In this document: one piece after another, positions 53,855-64,000 of the stretch
Layout: the number at the start of each line of letters is the position of its first letter
Position numbering within the stretch: the stretch's first letter is position 1
Origin: Octopus vulgaris
Taxonomy: Eukaryota
Assembly: GCA_951406725.2 (NCBI GenBank)
Contig: OX597826.1
Coordinates: 10,292,001-10,356,000 of the forward strand
Reading direction: 5' to 3'
DNA length: 64,000 nt
Made by a program: the position numbers and the translations under genes
The notes under the pieces: model-generated
Told to the model about the DNA's origin: nothing
The model's database searches: none
Seen by the model: the letters and a program-made list of their open reading frames with translations, nothing else

Positions 53855-54026
53855 ATTTCTACAATATCCAGGCCTAGTGAAAGTAATATAGAGGTGGGGA
53901 TGGACAAACAGAAAAGTTGAGACACTGCCAATTACACTAGTAGATGGTCATGTGTCTTCATTTCACTGTTTGTCCATCCTGCCCCTCTGCTATTTTGCTT
54001 TCATTAGGCCTGAATTTTGTGGAAAT
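53855..54026. repeat. ~170 bp imperfect hairpin (MITE-like)
   Basis: caggcctagtgaaag/ctttcattaggcctg and ggatggacaaacag/ctgtttgtccatcc arms. Confidence 0.7.
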
Positions 54027-55469
54027 TTAAGCATAGTGGAATTTTATTAGTTGATGTGATTGTCATCTGTCTCAAATTCTGCCGAGGTCGACTTTGCTTT
54101 CATCCTTTCGGGGTCGATAAATTAAGTACCAGTTGCATACTGGGGTTGATCTAATCGTCTGGCTCCCTCCCCCAAAATTTCAGGCCTTGTGCTTAGAGTA
54201 AAATAGAATGTTTACAGTTGTTATAGGATTCATTGTGTGCAAGATTAGAGGAATAAATACCCTTCTTGGACATGAGTAAAGGTTGGTGACAGGAAAGGCG
54301 TCCAGCCATAAAATATTACCTCATCAAGTCTTGTCAAACCCATATCATTAAAAAAAAAACCCAGGTAAAATAATGATAATAATGAAAAAGATGTTTGAGA
54401 CACATCATCACTGAGCAAGCCACTCTCCAATTGCTATGTTCCTAATGTTACTATTAAATGCTGCTACATATAATATCTCCTGCTCCTGAAGCCCTAAAAG
54501 TGCTTCTATGGATCACTATGATATTCCAATTTCATGACAGATAAGAGGTAGCTCTCCCCTTCATAGAATGTCAGTGTATTGGGAATAACTTTCCCATACA
54601 ATTTGCTACCCATTTCCAAGCAAACAAGTGAGCAGAAAAATATTGCACTAGAAATAGAGCCTAAATACTCAACAAAACACCACTTACAATTTATCAACTC
54701 ATAGTTTACTGCCTTATCTGGTTGGCCTGTCATAACTAGTTGGCCTGCTAAACAGATTCAGTTGAGTTGAATAACTTATAAAGTACAACTGACATGTAGT
54801 TAGGTGGTGTATTGTTACTCTGAACAAGAGAATAAGTGTGGTAATTTAAAACCCTTTCTAATATCTAACACTGTTTAACTGTGGTTGCCAATATGTATAA
54901 GGCAAAATAAATTTACAATTAATCCAGATGTTAAATACATTTTCTAAAGAATGGAGGTTGAAATGAATACAACTAATCTGTTCCATCACATTCCCTCCCC
55001 TTTTAAAAATAAGACAATGAGATTGTTACGCACACAGACATATTGAAAGAGAAAAGCAAGGTACGGTACTTGCCATGCAGAGTGTAGTTTGTTAGTTTGT
55101 TGTCAGGGAGAGGAAATGCCTAAAATTTTGGGCTGAGTCTTTAATCAGAAAATGAAGCACTCTTTTTATTCCAAATTCTTTGTGATGACTGGCTCTGATA
55201 CATTGTTGCTGTTGCCATCATTTTGTAATCGGCAGCTTCAGCTGGGTTTCTGGGTTTGGCATTGATGGTATTAGCAGTATCAGTGCCAGCATCATTCACT
55301 GTCCATTTTTCCAATGCTTGCATGGGTTAGATGGAATTTGTTGAGGCAGATGTTTCTAAGGCTGTTTCCAAGCAAAGTAATGTTTCCTATGCCCAGACAT
55401 GCTTCCACGAAAGACTGGAAATGGAAGACACTACTTGTTAATGACTTGTAGGGATGTGATAGTCTGTTA

Positions 55470-55810
55470 TCGGGACCCCCCTTCGGTCACGACACTGACC
55501 ATGGGATTGCACCTAGAAAGTTACCCTCCTAGTCACAAGTCTGGGCAAGGTTGTTTATGGAAGACCAGCAGTCGCCCATGCATACCGGCCTCCCCTCTTC
55601 ACACCACCAGTGTTATCCAAGGGAAAGGCAACGGCCAATACAGCTTGGCACCTGTGACGTCGCAATTCATTTCTACAGCTGAGTGAACTGGAGCAACGTG
55701 AAATAAAGTGTCTTGCTCAAGAACACAACACGCAGTCCGGTCCGGGATTCGAGCTCACAACCTCACGATCGTAAGCTCAATGCTCTAACCACTGAGCCAT
55801 GCACCTCCGT
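55470..55810 (-). mobile_element. tRNA-headed SINE (family C-related)
   Basis: Minus strand head ggaggtgcatggctcagtggttagagc...gagctcgaatccc. Confidence 0.75.
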
Positions 55811-56068
55811 TATACAATCATAATAAACTACAAAGTATATTAAACGTTTTTATAAGTCAATACTCTGTTCTACTGTGTTAGCAGTGCTACTAAATCACTT
55901 GTTGAGGTTATATCTACAGATATTCTATAGAAATTATAACCAGCACTGATTTCTGTTACGAGGTTTCATATCCGAGGAGTCAGATGTAAACAATGATGAT
56001 CTCACTCAATTGTGCAATGACAAGACAAGGAGATACAAACACACACTCAAACATACATGTGCATGCAT

Positions 56069-56118
<50 letters not shown>

Positions 56119-56822
56119 AAACTCACATAAACACATATAAATGCATAAGATGATAATGATGATGACGATGATGATGAATCATGGTCATATGATTCATCAC
56201 AGTGCAGATAAAAATCCACAAATTCCTCTCTTCAAAGTTTGGTACTCTACTGATTTGGTCATTGGTACTCTCATGGACAGGGGAATAGTTTCATCATTTC
56301 ATCATCATTTCAATTAGTGTCCATTTTCCATACTGGCATGGGTTGGATGGTTTGACAGGAATTGACAAGGCCAGGAGCTGCATCGTATTCCATAGTCTGT
56401 TTTAGCATGGTTCTACGGCTGGATCCCTTTTCTAATGCTAACCACTTCACAAAGTGTACTGGGTGCTTTTTATGTGGTAGCAGTACCAGTGCACGTTTTG
56501 GTGGAACCAGCAGTTTATAAAATATATTAGTTAAAACATTTATTTCAGAAATATGTAACAAAGACAATGAATGTGTTAGACTTTTCATAATCAGATTACC
56601 TCTCGATTTTGTAGTAAAGGATATACTTCTTTTAAGGAAAGAGAATGTCAATAGCTTTCCATTATTCTTTGCACCATTCTATGAATAATTTGAATTCCAT
56701 GCAGCAACTACATGGTTCTGGGTTCAGTCCCACTGCGTGACACCTTGGGCATCTTCTACTATAGCCTTAGGCTGACCAAAGCCTTGTGAGTGGATTTGGT
56801 GGATGAAGAATGAAAGAAGCCT

Positions 56823-56920
<98 letters not shown>

Positions 56921-57209
56921 GGCGGTGCCCCAGCATGGCCACAGCTTGTGAGCTGAAACTAGATAAAAAAATTTTAAAAATAAATATATATATATATATG
57001 TATGTATATATATATATGTATATATATATATGTGTATATATAAATAGAAGGGGCAGGCAACAGGTTGCTTAGCCGCATACCGAAAAATTTGAAATAGCAG
57101 TCATAGACTGTTTATTTCTATTTTCTACAAATGGGACTCCACATACGACATATCCCTGTAATTCACATATGCATATATATGTATATATGTATATATATAT
57201 ATATATATA

Positions 57210-57312
<103 letters not shown>

Positions 57313-58914
57313 ATGTATATACTTGTGTGTCTGTGTTTGTCCCCTCACCATTGCTTGACAACTCATGCTGGTGTGTTTACATTCCCATAACCTAGCGGTT
57401 TGGCAAAAGAGACCAATAGAATAAGTACTCGGCTTACAAAGAATAAGTCCTGAGGTTGATTAGTTCGACTAAAGGCAGTGCTCCAGCATGGCCGCAGTCA
57501 AATGACTGAAACAAGTAAAAGAAAAAGAATACAGTGATGATGCTTTGCTGGCTGCCTGGAGCAGTGTTTCTCATGTAGGGATAGTCCAACCCATGCCAGC
57601 AAGGAAAATAAGCATAAAATTATGATGAAGAAGAGGGGGAGGAGGAGGAGGATGAAGATGGCCGTTCCTTAGAAACTAGGTATTGTGAGAAATAATTATA
57701 TTCTAATTTCTAATGCATTTATGTGTCTTTTGGCATTTTATTCTGTGTTCGTAATTTTGTGCTGGTGGCACGTAAAAAGCACCAACTGATCGTGGCCTTT
57801 GCCAGCCTCGCCTGGCACCTGTGCTGGTGGCACATAAAAAGCACCCACTACACTCATGGAGTGGTTGGCATTAGGAAAGGCATCCAGTTGTAGAAACACT
57901 GCCTGATCAGACTGGAGCCTGGTGCAGCCCCCTAGCTTCCCAGGCCCCAGTCGAACCGTCCAACCCATGCTAGCACGAAAAACGGACATTAAACGATGAT
58001 GATGATGATGATGATGAAACATTTTCAAGACAGTCTTTTTATTTAATTTCTTATGGAATTTGACTTTATGAAAGAAAAAGAAAAAAAAATTGATAAAGAA
58101 AGCAAGGTTGCAAAACATTGACCTAAGGAATTGAACAGTACCCTTTTTGTGTATCTTTGTATAGCTCAGTGAATGAGGCCATTAATAAATATTTGAATAT
58201 CTGGAATAAATTGTTATTCATACGGTTAAAATTTTTTTATGCATTATAACCTCGTCTACAGAGATGAAAACATTTTTACCATCTCCAACTAGACTACATT
58301 TCATTCAGTTTGATCTTTATTCAGTGTCATGTGTCTTAGACATGTACATAATTAATACCAGACTGGGATTGAACAAGGAATCTTTATTTTTAAACTAGGG
58401 GAAATAATGTTCTTATCGACTAGGTCAATGGTGCATTTGCACAAAGAGAACAATTTGAAAAATTGTAATCTTATTAGGTCGTTAAAAGTTAGGAATGCCA
58501 CTGATAATATATAAACTGCCTGCCTTCCCCTGGTAGGCCAACTAGCACCCTGTTGACTCAGCTAAACATTTGTTTGGTTAATTCGACCTAATTGATCTCT
58601 GAACTTTCAATCATTCAAATTAACTGGTGCAACTCTAATGATGTATGATGATTTAGATTGTGTTAATGATCTCTCTGAGCCAAGTTCCATGCTTTACATG
58701 GTAGACCTCCTTTATTGATTATCTTCATAGCAGTTCCTTTAGTCTGAGTTCTCAACTCAAGCATGGCACTTTTTAAATGAGTCCTTATAAGGAACAGTAT
58801 CTATAGTAACAAACTGCACAAGAAAAGAAAATATCTTAGAAAATATGGAATAGTTGTAATTGGGATTGCTGATTTAGAACAAATCTGTTTATTTTAGGGT
58901 GTTAATATTTGTAT

Positions 58915-59892
58915 TAATAAAAGCAGCAAAATGGTAGAATTGTTATCATCCCTGGAGAAATGCTTATCAGAATTTCGTGTGTCGTTATGTTCTGAGTGAA
59001 AATTTTGCCAGGGTTAACTTTGCCTTTCTTTCTTTCGGAGTTGATAACATAAGTACCAGTTGAGCACTGGAGTTGATGTAATCGACTCATCCTCTCCCCA
59101 AAACTTGCTGGCCTTGTGCCAAAATTTGAAACCAATATTTATAATAAGGTGGCAAGTTGGCAGAATCATTTGCATGTTGGCGGTGAGCTGGCAGAAACGC
59201 TAGCATGCTGGGTGAAATGCTTAGTGGTATTTCGTCTGCCGCTACGTTCTGAGTTCAAATTCTGCCGAGGTTGATTTTGCTTTTCATCCTTTCGGGGTCA
59301 ATAAATTAAGTACCAGTTACATACTGGGGTCGATATAATCGATTTAATCTGTTTGACTGTCCTTGTTTGTCCACTCTGTGTGTAGAACCTTGTGGGCAGT
59401 AAAGAAATAAAGATAATTTGCATGTTGGGCAAAAGGCTTTGCAGTTTTTCGTCCATCTCTATGTTCTGAGTTCAAATTCCGCCATGGTTGACTTTGCCTT
59501 TCATCCTTCAGGTGTCAATAAAATAAGTACCAATTGAGCACTAGTGTTGATGTAATCTACTTCCTCTCTTGCCTCATACTTACTGGCCTTGTACAAAAAA
59601 TCTGAAAGCAATATTTGTATTATTAACACCATGTATAAATGTTTGTATAAGTGGACCTTATTTCTTTATTAATCACAAGGGGCTAAACATAGAGGGGGAA
59701 AACAAGGACTGACAAATGGATTAAGTCGATTACATCGACTCCAGTGTGTAACTGTTACTTAACTTATCGACCCCCGAAAGGATGAAAGGCAAAGTTGACC
59801 TCAGCGGAATTTGAACTCAGAATGTAACGGCAGACGAAATACCGCTAAGCATTTCATCTGGTATGCTAATGATTCTGCCAGCTCACCGCCTT
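58915..59892. mobile_element. cluster of nested/tandem SINE family B copies in both orientations
   Basis: Plus copies at ~58915-59135, 59179-59412 and 59420-59612, minus copy at 59657-59892. Confidence 0.8.
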
Positions 59893-60306
59893 ATGTTTGT
59901 ATAAGTGGATCTGTGAATGCACAAGTGTTAGGAGATGACAAAGAACCAAAATAGCTGACACTTTGCTGTACTCAAGAAGACCTGTCCTCCACAGCAGGAG
60001 TGTTAATACCGCTCACCCTGATGAAAAGGGTTAGCCTGCAAGAGCCCTGCACTGGCATCATGTAAAAGCATTCGTGCTGATGCCATGTTAAAATCACCCA
60101 GCACACTCTGTAAAGTGGTTGGCATTAGGAAGAGCATCCAGTCATAGAAACCAAGCCAAATCAGACTAAAACCACATAGAGCCCACCTGTTTGCTAGCTC
60201 TGGTCAAACTGTCCAACCTATTGCAGCATGGAAAATGGACATTAGAGGAGGATGATGATGACGATGAAGATGACGAGGATTTGTCTCGACATCAACACTC
60301 TAGTGA

Positions 60307-60850
<544 letters not shown>

Positions 60851-61358
60851 TACCCTGATGCAGTACCAGGCAGTGGTTCTCATGGCTTCTGATCTTAATT
60901 GATTGGAAGTGTTATCATGTACATTGTTTTGTCTTGGTATAAAAGATGGGCTACAGCAAATATTCTGCTCAATACCACAGATTTGCTTGTCAGTTGTTTG
61001 ACCTTAACCAGTTGAGCATGTCCCTTAGTGGCTGACGATATGTGTATCTCTGATCATGAGCAGAAGTAGTGGGGGAGCATCATAGCCATGTGTTGAGAGG
61101 GATTCTTGGAGGTTTGGATAATTCACCTCTGGAAACATGGGTGGTTCGTTCAACATCCTCAAACAACCCTTTATCAGGGACCTTTTGAGTGGGATGGGTT
61201 ACTCAACCAGAAGAAAATTCTGACTGTGCCCCACCAGCAAAGTCATGCACTGTTTATCTTGGTATGAGATCACCATGTTGCACACATATGGTTGTGATGT
61301 TGGGCTTTGTATATTTTACCCCGGTGTCACTTTGATGGCATGAACTGCTCTCTCACTC

Positions 61359-61360
<2 letters not shown>
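60851..61360 (+). mobile_element. unclassified retroelement 3' region ending in (AAT)n
   Basis: Ends ...gtcactttgatggcatg...ctctctcactc(aat)n. A diverged copy of this end lies at ~15600-15690. Confidence 0.55.
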
Positions 61361-61414
<54 letters not shown>

Positions 61415-61496
61415 CAATAATAACAACAACAACAACAACAACAACAACATTGAAAAATACCTTTGGAATGAGAACCCAGGTTTGAAATTTCCTCAA

Positions 61497-61542
61497 GACA
61501 CCTGATGAAGGCTGGAGGATATATCAGCCGAAATGTTGTGTT
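61497..61542 (+). ncRNA. minimal type-I hammerhead ribozyme motif, second copy of the 43969 family (unit 61449-61590)
   Basis: GACAC-CUGAUGA-A-GGCUG(GAGGAUAUAU)CAGCC-GAAA-UG-UU-GUGUU. Differs from the 43969 copy only in the loop. Confidence 0.75.
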
Positions 61543-62113
61543 AACAACAAACAAGATGAGAATAAATATCAGTCAAATGTAAATAATGTAATCAACACTC
61601 TTTTTTCTATTTTTTCTTCATCCTCGGCTGAAGAGAAAGGATTTGAAATGTTGAATTTTTTTATTCTACATCCCAGTTACTAACAACTGCTCTTTTAAAA
61701 CATGGGGTAACCACGTCCCTTCTGTATAGCAAGACACCTTCACTTGTCCCTCTGTCACACCTTAGCCTCTTAACACCTGACATAAGGCTACTTCCCCCCT
61801 CTCAATATTCCCCACCCCACATGTACTTTAGTTGAAGCGTGTGCATTTTTTATATTTCCTTTTGCAGCCCCTTTCTTGTCTTGTAAGTTGCTTGGTGACC
61901 TTACTAGTGCTGGTGGCATGAGAAAAGCACCCGGTACACATTGTAGAGTGGCTGGTATTAGGAAATGATACCCAGCTGTGGAAACAAGAGAAACCGGTTA
62001 CAATTCCATGCAGCCTTGCAGTTCGCAGGATCCTGTGAAGACACCCAAAATCATGCTAGCATGGAAAACAGGCACTAAATGATGATAATGACGGGGACGA
62101 TGACAACGACGAC

Positions 62114-62157
<44 letters not shown>

Positions 62158-62265
62158 CGACGATGATAATGATGTTGACGACGATGATGACGACGATGAT
62201 GATGGCGATAATGATGATGATGATGATGACGACGACGACGACGATGATGATGATTTTGATGATGA

Positions 62266-62314
<49 letters not shown>

Positions 62315-62581
62315 GGTGGTTATGACAATGATGATGGTGTGATGATGACAATGAGAAGGATAACAACAAGGACGACGATGATGACGATGACAACAATGAT
62401 GATGACAGACTGTCTGTCAATTCTCATACTCCCTAATCCTCACCAACAGAGCGTACCATGATGTGGTTGGTTATATGATGAACATCAAACCATAAAGAAA
62501 GAAAAAAATCCCTGACTCCCCACCCCTATCCCCTATGGGGGGGGGTGATGATGACGATGATGATGATGGTGATGGTGATGG

Positions 62582-62628
<47 letters not shown>

Positions 62629-62643
62629 GTGATGATAATAATA

Positions 62644-62688
<45 letters not shown>

Positions 62689-63298
62689 CTGGTGGTGATG
62701 ATGAGGATAATATAAAGAGAGTTTTTCTCTGTACAAAAGGCAAACCGAATGAAATTGAATTGAATTGTTTCACTCCAAGTCGGCAGAATGAGACGGCTGG
62801 ACATGGCTGTTTGGATGCTGGCAATTTCACACGGCTGATTGGACACTGAACGTGTTTGAACAACAGTATCTTTTGGCACTGGTGGAAAACACATGCACAT
62901 ATGCGCAGAATTATATACACATACGACAGATAGAAAAAGAGAAACAGAGGGGGAGAGCGACAGAGAGAGAGAGAGAGAAAGAGAGAGAATTTCAGAAGCA
63001 TTAAAATGTCTTATGTCAAATAAGTCAGCATTGAATTAGCAGTGCTGAATAGGTGGCGCCAAACCAGGTGTGTCAAAACCTCTCACACCTCAGTTCCGTC
63101 CAGATGTAGCTGACCTATCATCAAAGATGATTACTATTTGCTCTTTTTTTTCCAGACAAGGTGTATTTAAGATTACCCTTTCCAGTGTGAGTGGAGGTGA
63201 TAGCTTAGTGGTTAAGGTGTTAAACCCATGAACCTAAGATTGTGGTTTTGATTCCTGGATCAGGCAATGTACTATGCTTTTGAACAAAACATTTTATT

Positions 63299-63453
63299 AT
63301 TATTATTATTATTCAGGTCACTGCCTGGAATCGAACTCAGAATCTTGGGGTTAGTAGCCCACGCTCTTAACCTTTACACTATATGCCTGTGGGCATACGA
63401 CTAACCCCAAGATTCCAAGTTCGATTCTAGGCAGTGACCTGAATAATAATGAT
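63299..63453. mobile_element. palindromic head-to-head tRNA-like element with (AAT)n ends and 13-bp TSD
   Basis: TSD aaaacattttatt at 63286-63298 and 63454-63466. Arms caggtcactgcctggaatcgaact..aatcttggggttagt / actaaccccaagatt..agttcgattctaggcagtgacctg, B box GAGTTCGATTCC. Confidence 0.8.
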
Positions 63454-64000
63454 AAAACATTTTATTTCATTATGTTTATCAATTTATTTTGCAAGCTTCT
63501 TGATGTGGAATCATGTGTTGAAACAGATATTGTTGTATTTCGGGATGGTCATCTTTTTTTTTTTGCCAAATAAACACATGCACTATATATATATTTTTTT
63601 TTCTTTACTCATTTATTACTGTTCTTATTTTATTATTTTAACTCATGTTCATTGTCAGAAATCTTTTGTCACACATCTGTGACCTCTTCTGCAATACTTT
63701 TCATTTTCATGTGTATTCTTACTCCATTTACTCCTGGTGAAGGGTGACTAGGAAACTAGGGCTTGCAGTCCCCACTGTAGTTAGTGGTGGTAGTGTTCTG
63801 AGTGTTCTATCTTACCCTGTTTTCCGTGAAAAGTGTAGTATTATATACTTTGAAATATGAGGAGTCTGAAAATGAAAATAGCTTTCCCCCTATGATGAAC
63901 CATTTTGAAGTAGTTAGTAAGAAATGAGTAACGTACATATAATTTTGGAAATCACCTTCCAGAAGGAGCTATTCAAGCCATTGTCTTTGAGAAAAAGGTC

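Noticed and set aside
58646-58679. C/D-box snoRNA-like ATGATGA...CTGA
   Set aside because: Boxes are only ~30 nt apart, there is no terminal stem, and ATGATGA is ubiquitous here.
60014-60049. CUGAUGA plus AGGGUU/AGCCCU stem
   Set aside because: The GAAA half is absent because an RTE UTR starts there. Counted only as a possible remnant, not a feature.

Overview
AT-rich eukaryotic genomic DNA packed with microsatellites and transposable elements. The repeat repertoire (RTE LINE with tandem-repeat 3'UTR and (GAT)n tail, several tRNA-headed SINEs) looks like octopus/coleoid cephalopod, which is an inference. The only well-supported host gene is the 3' end of a + strand NADH-cytochrome b5 reductase-like gene (CYB5RL): coding exons 126-233, 7018-7221 and 16908-17105, all phase 0 with GT-AG sites. 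The rest is decayed RTE, RTE-X-like and CR1 LINEs, SINEs, Tc1, maT (DD37D), mariner and hAT DNA transposons, MITEs, Helitron-like elements and Penelope-like remnants. Nearly all ORFs in the supplied track are microsatellite or TE artefacts. The most interesting signal is non-coding. At least seven minimal type-I hammerhead ribozyme (HHR) motifs from about six unrelated sequence families occur on both strands. One HHR family (43969, 61497) appears linked through an (AAT)n spacer to a tRNA-like Pol III head that also forms a TSD-flanked palindrome at 63299-63453, suggesting a ribozyme-carrying SINE/retrozyme-like element. An in-frame Tc1/maT chimeric transposase relic and several long fold-back hairpins are also notable. 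Repeat boundaries are approximate unless a TIR or TSD is quoted.
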